DNA from: Azolla caroliniana
Lineage: Eukaryota > Plantae > Polypodiophyta
Direction of reading: 5' to 3'
DNA length: 64,000 bases
NCBI GenBank assembly: GCA_043228905.1
Contig: JBHGNT010000005.1
Coordinates: 24,056,001 to 24,120,000, forward strand
Every line of letters begins with the position of its first letter. Position 1 is the stretch's first letter. Below the pieces are notes generated by a model. That model saw nothing but the letters and a program-made list of their open reading frames with translations, ran no database searches and had not been told where the DNA came from. This document shows, one piece after another, positions 13,008 through 26,214 of this stretch. Made by a program: the position numbers and the translations under genes.

Positions 13008-14742
13008 GTGAGGATTCAACTAAAACTCTAAGATAGGGCAACCTCAAGATACAATTGACGATGTGTAGACATTCAAAAACTCATATAGGAACCGTTTAAA
13101 ATAGATTTTCTAAGAAACCAAAACTTCCTCATAAATCCTTGGGAGATATATAGAGTCCTACGTTATTGATGCATGCATAAAACATGCAACCTAACTTTCA
13201 TATATATCGTAGTAGACAATATCGAACAAGCACAATTCTCATGAGGCATCCATCTCACAACAAAACTAGGTAGTAATCAAACGTATTGGCTCTATAAGGG
13301 AGGATTCAACATGTTTGAAATAGGTATGTGCAACCCTGCACATTGAATTGGAAGTTGAAAGTGCAACAATATTCAATTGTTCAAAAAGCCACCATTAGTG
13401 TCACATCTGATACAACATGCATAATATATTAATATTCAAGACCATATAGAATAATGTATTTTCAATAAACCTCTATAATTGGTTACATTAAATATGACAA
13501 TCGTTGATCATAAGAAGTGATCGTTTTGTAAATTTTAAATAATTCAAAAAGTGAGAACATGCTCCAGTCTTTGGATACATTGTGCATAATATGTAGGGGG
13601 GATCAAGGGATGTTTAAATCATACAAATTGACTTCGAAATATGAGAAGTTTAAAGAGTAAAGCAAAATGTTTGGAAAGCTTTAAGCAACCTCATTAGGGT
13701 GCATCATGATTGTATAGGTCCTAGGATACAACATCCATTGTATAGAAGATGAGGGGCCTAAAAATATAGTTATCTAAAATTAGCAATGAGATGGAGTTAT
13801 AAAGTACTAGCACTCCTTGCTTCTAAGAATTGATTGATTGTTTAACGAATTCAAAATGTGAACCGACCAAAAGAGAGCAAGAGGAACTTAGCTTTGAAAT
13901 TGTGCAACGCGCATGTTATATTAATATTAAGCGTCTAGAAAAACATGTGTAGAAAAGGATATCTACAACTTGTCATGATACCGAGTTAGAGGCCCAATCC
14001 TCGATTTTTACATCAAATGATTTGAAATTGTAAAAAACTAAAAAAGTGAAGTAAAACACATCTTGAATCTACTTTTCACACAACATACAATGTAGAGTAA
14101 TATAAATGGCACGCGCAAACTGTGGATTCACATACGAGCGCATATATGTATATGTATATATGGTGTGTGATAATGATGATGGTTATATTTTTAACATCCT
14201 CAAGAAGCCAGAAACTTGACCAATGGGCCAAAACAAACATACTAAGCAACTTGCAAGAAGTTATAACTTATGAGAGTCATGTCCACGTTCACCCATTTGA
14301 TGCCATCAAATAACTTTCAAATTTGGTTCAATATCTTCCTTCACCAATACTTCTCTAGAGTAGTTATGTGCATTAAACATAAAATCATAAATAAAACCAC
14401 TTGCAAGATGGACGTAGCTTTCCATTTGAGAGAACAATCATGATCAAAAACACTATATAGGTGTTCACATACCCCGAATATTTTATAAGAGGGCTCGCTC
14501 TCACTCTCTCAGAAGTACTCATGCATTCAATATGAGTAACAGAAGACATGATAGAATGCAAGACTTGAAGTACCCAAATGCATAGTTGAGACTTAAAAAC
14601 CAAACTTGCATTTAATATTTTTAACTAATGGTGGTTGAGTACATCAGAAATGCATTGCATTTGACTCGAGTTTGACTAGAGTTAACATTGTGCTATATTA
14701 TAGCCTCTTTTAATTGTGTTGAGATCCAACCATTAACACAAT

Positions 14743-15156
14743 ATGGCTCTCTTCAACACCTCATCTCATACTTCAAACTATAGAGGCTTAGTTAAATTAG
14801 AAGGAGTTTCAAGTCATAGGCATGGCTATGAGAGACTACCACACCTTAATGATTTAACAGGTGAAACCCTTGATAGATTGGCATCATATGAACCAAGAAG
14901 GCAAAGAATTCGACAAGAGAGAAAGTACTACATTAGGCTTGGGAAGAAGAAGAAACTACGCATCTCACGACTTTTGCACGTGTCTCGAAGGCGAAGAAAG
15001 TTTACTTCATTCCTAACATCCATTAAAAGATACAGTACCATGTGGATTAAGACAATGATCAAGTTATCAATGGAAGAAGGTTCTCATATACCTAATCCTT
15101 TACCACTCCCAATTCTACCATCTAGTTTTTTCAATGTACCCTACTATATGTACTAG
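14743..15156 (+). CDS. Probable small basic plant protein (137 aa, intronless, unknown function)
   Basis: ATG-started ORF in AT-rich non-TE DNA with a TATA-like TATATTATA about 45 bp upstream. The GYERL motif, R/K-rich RLG..LRI.RL block and C-terminal F.VP resemble uncharacterised plant small-protein families (recall, not a search). Confidence 0.55.
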   Translation: MALFNTSSHTSNYRGLVKLEGVSSHRHGYERLPHLNDLTGETLDRLASYEPRRQRIRQERKYYIRLGKKKKLRISRLLHVSRRRRKFTSFLTSIKRYSTMWIKTMIKLSMEEGSHIPNPLPLPILPSSFFNVPYYMY

Positions 15157-17919
15157 CACATTCTTTTTATATCCTATTTCGTGGGGAACATTAATAAGAT
15201 ACTCCACCTTTGGACGTATGTTCCTTATTGCTAGATATTTGTGGATATTTACTATTGCATGAATACTTTATACACATTGAGCATATGTCATATACTTGGT
15301 ACATGTCAAGCTATGCAGTCATGTCTCAAACCATGAGTACATGCCTGCATAGGCTGGAAATTCCAATTGTATTTCCATTTCAGCGGAACTTTTTGAGAAC
15401 ACTTCCATTTGTAGATAGGAAAAATGTGAATACATTCCATTTTTAGAGCTTAGAAAGAGTTTCTACTTGTTAGAGAAGTTATCTTTTAATCAAAGGGTAA
15501 TATTAAGCATACCTTCCAACATGCATAATCTACCATATAAAGCCCTTCATAATTGTGAAAACTTAGACAATATCCTCAGTAAAAAAATACTTCTTGAAAA
15601 TATTTTCTTTGAAAATTTTCCTAGTGCCACCATTCAAGTTATCTTTAACTAATGGTGGTTGTAACTTGTATCTTTTTGTTGAGAATATTCTGCTCTTTTT
15701 GGAGCTCATCTTTTTATCAAGGGGTAACATAAAATATATACTCCACCAATGGGATAGTATATGACAGATAACACCCTTTGTATTTCACAAACTTCTACAT
15801 TACCCTTAGTCTAAAGAACCTTGTACCTTTTCTTCGAAACTTTTCTAATCTTTTGAGAAGTCATCTTTTAAGTGAGGGGTTATAATAGAACTTACCCTTT
15901 GTATCTTCGAAAACTTCACAAAAATAGCCGTAGTAAAAAAACTGTGTATCTTCTCATTGAAGTTGGTTGTACTCTTTTTAAGAGGTCATGTATTAAGCAT
16001 GGGGTGATAAATATATAACATACAGTGTAACATCCGATATATATTACCCTTCCTAGTATGTTTAGAAATTTCATAGTATATTTTAATAGCAATAACATTT
16101 TAAAGCTCTACCCAACAAATCACTATAGTCTATAACTAAGCACATAACAAGTCAAAGCCATTAAGAAGCCAAGCAGTTAATATAACTTCAACCCAATTGC
16201 ATCTCACGTAATGAGATATCCAAGTTTCAAGCTTATAATCAAAATATAACCAAATAACCACAAGATCTTATTCTTATCATATTAATAAAAAAAATGCTAT
16301 CCATTAGTTAGGAAGAAATACACAAGGTATCATATGTACAAGCTTATCATATTATTATTATGATCACTCTTATTATTATCAAAGGCAAGGAAACTTCATA
16401 TTTATTTGTAGATTCAAAGTAAACAGGTAAAAATACATCTGCTTTGAGACTCGAAATTGCCTAGGAAATAGATGATATTAGGTTGTGTTTTCTGAAGAAT
16501 AAGAGTGCAAAATCTTATGTGCAAACAATGGTGTTTAATGCATATGAGAATTTGTAAGGATGTAAAAATGCTAGGAAAATCTTGCCTACCAGACCATAGA
16601 ATAGTTGAATATGTGAATAAGCAAAATGTCGTTGTTCATTGGCATTGAAAACTTTGTGCATAAAAGTATAATGTGATATTCAATATTGTAGATGTTTCAT
16701 TCTTATGATACAGACCTTTGTATCAGGCAAAAACCATGCAACCCTATCATGGTGTGTTCAAATTTGGTTTTTCTACATTCACATGTAAATGATTGACTAC
16801 TCCAAGGTGATCATAAATAAACTTCATCTCAGAAACTCTTATGTCAGGGGCATATCACAAAGGTCGACACCCATGAGAGATTGTCATTACTCAGGGTTCT
16901 TCGTCAACTAACCTTTCTAATCTTTCCCTTTTGCCAAAAACAAATATCAAAGAATATAATTCTAGCCATTTGGCCCTTTCCATTTTAAAACATCATCACT
17001 CCCACTAATTTAACCATAACAATAATAACAAAGTTTACCAACATATTAGCAAGTGAAAAAGAAAGCTTAGAAGACAGAGAGTCTTTCACTTTAATTATGT
17101 GCAAAGGAAAGAAACATGAAAATTCACAATTCCCTCAAATCCTCACACCACACACTATTTGTTTTTGGAAGGGTGTTTCTGATGACTTCTCGCATTGTGT
17201 GGATGAGAGTTTTACTTATATGAAATTAAGAGGGACATAAAATAATGTTACTAAATACTAGGAGGTATGTCCTTCTCAAAGTTGGATGTAAACCTAAAAC
17301 TCAAATAACTTGGCTACCTATATTGTTTGAAAGTTGCCAAGGCCAATGCTATCAAGTTTTAACATTCACAACATAACAGTGCCTTTCCCATTGCAACAAT
17401 CTCTTCCTTTTGCACATTTATATACCATTTGAGTAGATTTACTCTCATGAAATGTGCATGTTCAATGCTTGGCACAATCAGCTACTTATAGTATAGAAAC
17501 TGTTTTTGCATTTCACTTTATGAGAAGTCATTACCTTGTAAACTTCCATGTGATGATTATTAATGTACCATTGTATCATCTGAGGGGAGCATTTACATGA
17601 TGCCTAAAGAAATAACTGGCATGGTGTGACCACTGACATCCAAGGGAGATCAATATTGCGTGATATTAACAAATAGCTAGGAACCTAGTTTTGGGCCGAC
17701 ATGAGAACTTGACAACAAGAACATGATCTCATTCATTTTAACAATAATATTAGAGAGAGAGAGAGAGAGAGAGAAGACACAATTGTGTAGGGAGTAGGGA
17801 CCAAGGTGGGGGAACACAAAAAGACAATGGGAACATAAAAAGACAATGTGATATGAACACTAGCATATTATATAAAGATAATACATTCATTTGTTCTCAA
17901 AATTTTGTGAACATTATTA

Positions 17920-18144
17920 TTATTGCATAACATCGGGGATCATGAGGGTCGAGGAATCCATGAGGAATGAGGAAGAAGAGGGGCCAATGACACCACCTCC
18001 ATGTGTTTCCTGCTCGACCATCATGTATTGTGCGGACATGTCCTCTGATGGCTTCCAATGTCGCTTCCTTTGATTGATGAACCAATTGTTTATTTGCTTT
18101 TGATCCAATCCCGTTGCTTCTGCCAATGCCGCCTTTTCTCCCTC
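17920..18144 (-). CDS. KNOX: Class I KNOX exon 5 (homeodomain helices 2-3 and C-terminus)
   Basis: tag|[36 protein letters not shown]...stop. [10 protein letters not shown] is diagnostic of class I KNOX. Confidence 0.97.
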   Translation of the reverse strand, partial: EGEKAALAEATGLDQKQINNWFINQRKRHWKPSEDMSAQYMMVEQETHGGGVIGPSSSSFLMDSSTLMIPDVMQ

Positions 18145-18849
18145 CTATATTATGTCACCAACACAAAACACTCCACATTATGTCACTTACATTTAGTTCA
18201 AACCCCTCATTATCGATACTTTAAAGATGTTTTACCGACTTCACTTAATTCTTATGAAATAATCACCCGACTGATTGTATACATTAGTACTGAGCACGAT
18301 GATATAAAAAACACAACACCTCATGTGCAAAGCACTAGGTTTATGCTTTGCCTCTTATTCGCAGGCATGCTTATGTTTCGACATTTAGAAACAAATCATA
18401 GAGAAAAAAAAAAAGATTAGTGTGTCGCAAGAACTCACCTTGGCTAAAAGGATGGATTGCGAGATTTAGTACATAAAATAATAAGTTGTATAAAAAAGCC
18501 ACACGAAACAAATACATCTCACAAGTCATGCCACACACTACAGTTAAAAGAGCAGAGAAACTAATGTCTTTTACCTGTGAAGGTATATTTATTGTAAGGC
18601 TTCATTCAAAATCCAGAATACTCCTAGGCATTAATCTCATAGAGCAAATACATGCTACTAGCCAACAAACTAGCTCGTTTGAGGTGTAGCTAGGAATTTT
18701 CGTCATTTTACTACTAGCTAGAAATCAATTAAAACATGATGCGATACATATTCAGCATTTTTTGAGAGAAGACTTTCAATTCTCATGAAAATTATGCATG
18801 CATATTAGTGATTTGACGCTGAGTTTGACCATCACACATACTTTGAAGA

Positions 18850-21620
18850 CCTTGTCAATTATCATTTGTATGAGAAAGAAGAGTTGACAACTGTTAAAAA
18901 CATTTACTGAATTTATCTATGCCCAAAGATGGATTCCAAGGTCGAGAAGGCTTAATAATAAATCAAGATGATTATTTTGTTGGTCAATGTTTGAAGAAAC
19001 GTTTCGATACGAAAGGCTCAAGCTTTCTATGAAATTATTTATAAGAGTGGCGAGAAAATGTCACAAATGTATAGGGATTTAGTTGACATCTCTATGGGAC
19101 ACCTTTTTCTTGAACACCATTGTTGCTTCACTGCAGTATTCACATTCTTCTTGTATAATTGTTTAAAATGCAAGCATGAGGAGAACTAACATAGAATGGA
19201 ATGATATATACATATGTCTACATCTTAATGTGTTGGGGGATAAAACAAAACCTAGGGGTTCCCCCCCCATGGATCAACATTTCCTACAAATCATAGTTTT
19301 GTGTATTCCCTATAATGCCCACCAACTCACACTCTCCATGGAATGATCGAACATCATGCTCAACATGAGGATCTGGTATCTACCAGAGCATTCCCAAGTG
19401 CATATTCGGTATGCCCCACTCTCTTTCACCATGAAGAACATAATCTCAATGATTGGCAATAAGCTGTTTTGAGAATAGAAAGTTATATGTTGAATATTCT
19501 CATTCAGCATGGCATGATTGGAGTGTAAAATATGCATGCACTCAGTTCAAATTCTTGAAGTTGCATATGTAATCCTTACAAATAAACTCCGCCATACTAG
19601 AAGATTCAAACTCATACATAGTTTGATCTTCGGGCCGAGACATGGAGAAGAACAAAAGTACTCCAATGCAAAGATTAACCTTGAGAAAGACTTTGGAAAC
19701 GAGCTGATCCCATCAAATATGCATGACTCTCGGCGAAACACAATGAGAAACATCAAATCAATCATTTTAGTACATAATGAGGATAACAAACAAAACCCAT
19801 GTTGCAATGATACTGATAGAAGGAAACACATGTAATGGCTGAAACCCAAGGTATGAATAAGCAAACAAGGATCAAAGTAGACCATTTGTACATAAGGACA
19901 ACTTCATTGTGAAACACAATTCAGTACGCTTGAAAGTGAAGCGAAATGTGAAAGCCTTCAAATGGAACACAAGTACAAAATGTGCCAATCTCTTTTGAAG
20001 CACATAATCTGTCTCTAAGATTAACAATCGAACTGCAAAACCACAGCTTAACAGCTTAATGGTCAAACGGTTCAGTTTGGTTTAAACGGTTTCATGGTTT
20101 AGGGTTGCTCATTATTTTTTTAAACAACCTATTCATTTTTAAGCCTAATTCTCACATTTTAAGAAAAATATTTAAAATTTTCAAATAATGAAAAAAATTA
20201 AAAGTTTAAAATTTAAAATTTAAAATCTAAAAACCGAAACCAAACCACAAAACCACGGTTTAACAGTTTGGATTTTTTGTAACAGTTCGGTTTAAACAGT
20301 TCTAGTTTAAATGGTTTCGTGGTTCGGTCCGGTTTGATTCAGTTTCAAAATTTTTAAATGGTTTGGTTTTGACACTCTCGAACCAAACCGAACCATTGCC
20401 GATTGTTATCTAAGATGCAACACCCTTGTACCCACTTCAATCATTGGAAGAGGAGACACAAATGATGTTGAGGAAGACCTTGATCATTGAAGGGAAAGTA
20501 CTTGGACAATGATATCCGATGAAGATAGAGGTAATGTCGACCCTGATCATCAAAAGGCATATGCGACGGATGTAGAGGTTTTACATGCGACCACATGAAA
20601 TGTTAAATGTCCATGTAAAGAAGCCAATGTCTTGTATTGCATAATTGATCTCTTGTATCTCTTGACTCATCAATTATGAATGACCCAATAAGGGAATAAA
20701 TAGATGAGGTTTAATTCAAGTTATATCATCAAGTTATGAAAGCAACTTTCAAAGACTCCCCCAAAAATACCCAAAAACAATATCCTACTCACCCGAAGAA
20801 AGATAGTCATGATAGGACTTAAGGGCATGGAGTGCTGCTTAATACAATCATAAACTCACAACCACCATCATGTTCATCATGATACTAATATTTGTTTTCA
20901 CTAGAGCCAAAAGGAACACAGGTTAAGTTTTTTCGTGGTCATGGAGAAAATTAGGGGCGTGATGTTGCGATCCACTAAATTCTCAAGGATTGAGAGTAGT
21001 TTGGCCTCTACCCTAAGGTTAGATATGAGATGCATAACCTTTTGTCGATGCATTTTAAGCAATAAGAATGAGGGGATGAATGTTTTTGCATTATGTTCAC
21101 ATTAAGGTGAGATTGATTCAAATTTTCTTTGAGTCCAGCACATATGGCCACGAACACAAGTCTGGTTGCAACGTTTGTCAAAAGACCTACCATAGTCCTC
21201 CACCAATTATAGCGAAGATCTAGGAACATTGTTACTAATATAGGTTTCCGGAACTACCATATGTATCAAGTTGTTTCACAGTAGTGTCATTCAAGAAGAT
21301 GGCCATCAATATAATTAAGACAAATGTTAGAAGGATGGTATCATATTCATAATGTTGTAGAGCATTAAGTCATTCGCACTAATATAGGTTTCCGGAACTA
21401 CCGTATGTATCAAGTTGTTTCACACACTAGTGTCATTCAAGAAGATAGCCATCAATAAAATTAAGACCAATGTTAGAAGGATGGTATCATATGCATGATG
21501 TTGTAGAGCATTAAGTCATCCGTAAAGGAGCCAAAGATCATATAGTGATGATCGTGGAAGGATACTTGGTATCATCAAGAGTATACTACCACTTGCTGAT
21601 TTGAACCACAATTGTTTTTA
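18850..21620 (-). mobile_element. Highly decayed Gypsy pol relic in KNOX intron 4
   Basis: Fragments occur in Gypsy order on the minus strand: NA..T/IFLND (RT-like), AALHALK (RNase H), VGGHY and RPW../IDKFSK (integrase). Includes a ~145-bp tandem duplication at about 21234-21522. Confidence 0.45.
20022..20408. mobile_element. hAT-type MITE (387 bp)
   Basis: TIRs TAACAATCG/CGATTGTTA; perfect 8-bp TSD TCTAAGAT at 20014-20021 and 20409-20416; internal AACCG/GGTT motifs. Confidence 0.88.
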
Positions 21621-22316
21621 TTAGCTTCTTATTTTATTCCACCGAAGGCTCTTAAGCATTTCAGCTTTTGGTCCAATTGAAGCAAAAGGCCGAACCAAAT
21701 GTTTTCAATGTATTCTCTTTATACGTATGGGAAAACAATTTTAAACCTATATAGATGAGGTTATGGAAGTCTTATGTTCAAAAACTCAGAAAACTGCCAC
21801 ACACTGAAATATAAGATTTTATTAATATAGTTTTCCGAAGTTTGAAATAATTTTTGTGGTTAGTTGAAACATTAGGGCCTACTTCAATTGCTACTCTTCA
21901 TGGGTTTTGGACTATTTTATTAAACAAGGTTGTGGAAAGACTCACATTATTTTAAAATAAAAATGGGGTATTATTCGTGATTTTATCCCTGAAAACAAGC
22001 TAAATCTAGTATATATATAGATATACATATTATATATAGATAGATAGATATAGATAGATATAGATAGATATAGATATATTTGTTGACATTTATGTAAACC
22101 TACAAATTCCTTATTCTTTGGTAAGCCTACAAGGTTCCTTATTCTTTTTACCTCAACCATGGTTTTAGTTTCATGGCATTATGCATACAATGAAATATAT
22201 TGCTCAAAACAACAAGAAAAACGATCAAGCAATGTTCTAGAGTCTAGAGATCACTCTAAACCACCATTATACTTGTAGAGTCTAGGTATTGATTGGATGA
22301 GGTTAATGGTAGTGGG

Positions 22317-22528
22317 TAGGAATCAGCAACAGTTCGGTTTAGGCTTAACCAGTTTGGGGGTTTCCAAACCAGTTTAGGCTAACCGATTTGGCCAAACCGG
22401 TTCAGCTTAAACCGGTTTACACTTAACCGGTTTGAGCAATCCCAAACAGAGCTCAACCAGTTAAGGAAGCTCAAGCCTAAACCGAACTGCCAAACCGCCA
22501 GCTTGAGCCGAGCCGTTGCCGATTCCTA
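22317..22528. mobile_element. hAT-type MITE (212 bp), related to the element at 20022
   Basis: TIRs TAGGAATCAGCAAC/GTTGCCGATTCCTA; 8-bp TSD GTAGTGGG/GTGGTGGG with one mismatch; AACCG-rich interior. Confidence 0.85.
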
Positions 22529-22958
22529 GTGGTGGGCAAGGACAACCTCATCACCTTAAAGCCATATGGTTAACAACTATGTAGGGCTACTAAAGTTGAT
22601 ACATTTGGATATTGTGAACCCATGAAGAATGCTTAGAAGGCTCGACCTTTAGGCATAGGAGGGCAGTCACAAGCATTTGGTGTCATACATCAGACACAAG
22701 ATTGAGAGGAGATCATAACAAGATATAGATGCCAAATCATGTGGTCCACAAGGTTAAGGTGAAACACAATTTGAGTCCGACGAGAGTGCATACAATGCAA
22801 GCGGGGTGCGGAAAAAATGCAAGCACTAGAGATGGGTTGGGGTTTAGGGTTTAGGGGTTGACTCGAGAGAAGGAGGCTGAGTGTGTTTCAATCAGTCTTT
22901 GCCTCACGCGCACGTGATGGTTGGTCTCGGATCAAGATATCGAATGTGCATGCGAACT

Positions 22959-23496
22959 AATCCTAGCGTAGGATCGGCAATATTGATCATGTCAATCATA
23001 TACACACATACATACACATATCTACTACTTGACTTGACAATTACTACTTGACTATCCTAGTGTAGGAGAGGGAATATCAGGTCGTGCCATTCATACACAC
23101 GCACATATCTACTACTTGACTTGACTTGACTATCCCAGTGTAGGAGCGGGAATATCAGTTGTGTCATTCACACACACACACAACACACACTCATATCTAC
23201 TATTTGACTTGACTATCTACCACTTGACTGGTTTCTATCAACTTGACTTTGACTATGAATGCAAGGAATGGGTTTTGACTTAGACTTACTGAAGGGTAAA
23301 TCGGGTCAGGATATCGGGGTAATCCCAATGTAGAAGCGGGAATATCGATCATGTCATTCACGCACACAAACACATACACTCATATCTACTACTTGACTTG
23401 ACTTGAAAATCTACTGTTTGACTTGACCATTTCTATCTATGAAATAGAGTTATGAGTGAGAGGGGTGGGGTTTTGACTTGACTTACAGAAGGGTAG
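22959..23496. repeat. Complex tandem repeat at the 5' end of KNOX intron 4, rich in TTGAC
   Basis: About four related units (ATCC.AG.GTAGG...TCAT.CACAC...CATATCTACTACTTGACTTGAC) starting at about 22959, 23053, 23131 and 23321. Confidence 0.85.
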
Positions 23497-23869
23497 GGCC
23501 ATTTGTAGTGGAGGGCCCACCAGTGGAGGAGGCTGGCTCTGGCCTCCTTGGGGAGCTTCCCTTTCTTCTTCTTCTTCAGGAATTCCTGCTTCAGGGACCA
23601 TATGTAGGAGCTGTACTTGCGCCGGAGCTGCTCCCGTAGCTTCGTATCCTCCGCCACCGGATCGGAGCCTCCTCCCCCACCATTGCCCCCCACCCCTTCA
23701 TCCCCTGCACCTGCCATTGCCTGCTCATCCAGCTCCAGATCGCCCCCCGAATCCTCGCTGTTATTACCATCATTATTCTCTTCATCATGATTCTCACCAA
23801 TGTTATCATTACTGTTGTTATTATTCATGTTGTCATCCGCCACTCTCCATTCGTCTGCTAATTCCTCCC
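23487..23869 (-). CDS. KNOX: Class I KNOX exon 4 (acidic linker, ELK domain, homeodomain helix 1 and PYP loop)
   Basis: cag|GG phase-1 acceptor; [18 protein letters not shown]...[31 protein letters not shown]|gtaagt. Nearby alternative phase-1 AG acceptors are possible. Confidence 0.93.
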
Positions 23870-24545
23870 CTGCATTTATTTATATCCAAAATATAGGTAT
23901 ATGTAACTGCAAATTCATTCATCTATGAAAGACAATCACAGCCCTATAAATCATGTTTGGATTCTTTAGGGTTTTCGAATATTAGGGTATGGAGGGTTTG
24001 CGGTACGACGGCATTATGATTTTAGGGTATTCTGACTTTAGCATTTAGTGTTTAGGGTTTCAGGGTTTAGGGTTTAAAGAATATAATAAAATGAAGTAAT
24101 CATTTATGATGATGATGAAACTCAATACTACAGAAATCTTATACATGTAATGCAATTAACGCACCGTATTATCATTATAAAACCACTGTTACTATGATAA
24201 AAAAAACCGCCATTTCCATTATAAAGAACCGCTAGTGCTATGATAAATTAGTGGTCCTTTCTCAATTTATTGTAATAAAACGCACTTATATAATCAACAA
24301 AACCGCTGTTGCGCGTGCGATAAAAACCAGCGCTTACTATATAGTCTATGATAACAGAGTAGCCACCATGAGAAAAAAGAAAAAGAAAAAAAAACATTTG
24401 ATTTTTTAAAAGGCCAAAAAACAGAAGGAAAATCTTCTTTTAAAACACAAATCAAATTAAGCAGTTAGGAGACATAATAATTTGAGATTAATCTAACTAA
24501 ATAATTAATTAAAACGAATCAATTTGAAATTTCAATATATTACAC

Positions 24546-24650
24546 ATGCATGCATGCACACATCCGTACATGCATTCGTGCATACATGATACATACATAC
24601 ATATGGACATGCATGCATGCATGTATGTATGTATGTATGTATGTATGTAT
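24546..24650. repeat. CATG/CATA/GTAT quasi-palindromic microsatellite containing RY motifs
   Basis: (CATA)n...CATGCATGCATG...(TATG)n. Confidence 0.85.
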
Positions 24651-26214
24651 AGTTTCATTAGTGCCAACAATTCATTGCAATGCATCTCCTTACACTACAC
24701 ATGAGTTTTTTCGGAATCGGTTACTTCAAGAAATCTCTTCTTCGGTTTCATATTTTGAGACCGAAAAAAACAATCGATCGCCTATTTCCGTGCTTCGCAC
24801 ACATTGTTCTCTTCTTCTTTTTTCTTTACGTAGGCCTCTGGCGGTTGCGTAGAGATACTCGTGGTACAATCTCCCTTCTCTAACACATTATGTTAGGATC
24901 GTGTATTATGTAGCTCTCCCCCCCATTATCTATGTGGTTTTGCCTTCCAAATGAACGAGACAAACCCGCATGTGCTTTCGTGGTTAATAATTGCTTTTCT
25001 TTTACGGTTTATTGGTAATTTTTTCACCCCCCATCATTTTCACACTCATTTTTATGCAATTAACGTGCCGAACCAAACATGTAACCATTCCAAGAAAAAA
25101 ATACCCCCTTACTTACTAAAAAAAAAGAAATTTACCACATTCAAGTCATTCATTATCAATTGATCGCTCTCGCTACTTTCTCTCGAACAAAGGGTTTATA
25201 AAAAGAAGGGCTCGGTCTTTCATGCACACCATTCAACGGTACTTATCTTCACAGTCGATGAAGCATTACTCTCATTTCATGCTCGACGGAACGAATGCCA
25301 CTTTTGGACTCATACTAAGTTCCATATAAGCATGGAGACTAGGTATGCGCGAGAATCGAGCTGATGTCTTGACAAACATGTGAACTCATGTCCTTCCTTT
25401 TTGTCCAATCAATAATTTGCATTAATGGTGCTCTGGATGTACAAGCAAGTGACACCATTTCCCTTCACTAACTTGTTAACTTCTCGCCCAAAAAAGTTTA
25501 CTAAGATATTAAGTCATCTAGAGGAGTTGCAAAGACGTAGTTCAAAGCTCAAACCTTGTATTTATATACCTTTAATAGTACGAGGGATTTTAGCCATTCA
25601 TATTGATTGTATATACTACACATTGTATGAAGTCTACAAGGGTATTTTGAGGTTACTTATAAAAAATCTAGGTGCATCCAAAATGGGCGAAACTTACTAA
25701 GGGTTCACATGCTAGTAAGATATTCCGAGGAAAGGGTGAATACAAACATAATCTTTTCTTGTTTTTCTTTCTTTGTCTCATCAAAGCTACACCCAAACTA
25801 TATGATTGAGAGCCGGATTCTACATTTACGTAGGAATATTCCATGCATCTTGAAGGGTCGTAACATTGGCCAGATCCAACGATTAACATTTTAACATTAA
25901 CTCTCACAACCATACCCAAATTATGACACCTACATTGCTTACAATCTGGCACATGTTGCAGTCCATCCCAAAGACCCTTGCCAAGATGTGCGTTGACTAA
26001 GGGCATCGGGAGAAATACGGCAACATTAGGAGCTAAAGAGCACGACATTATAATCACTATTGTATGAACATTATGATGTTCCACAGACATAGTTCTTATG
26101 TGATAACCTAGCAAACTAACATCGAACATCGATTCCTCGTAATTGTAGGAATTCACACAACCTTTGTACACTGCACATCAGGCAAGATGTAGGTGTGGCA
26201 CAAATGCATATCAG

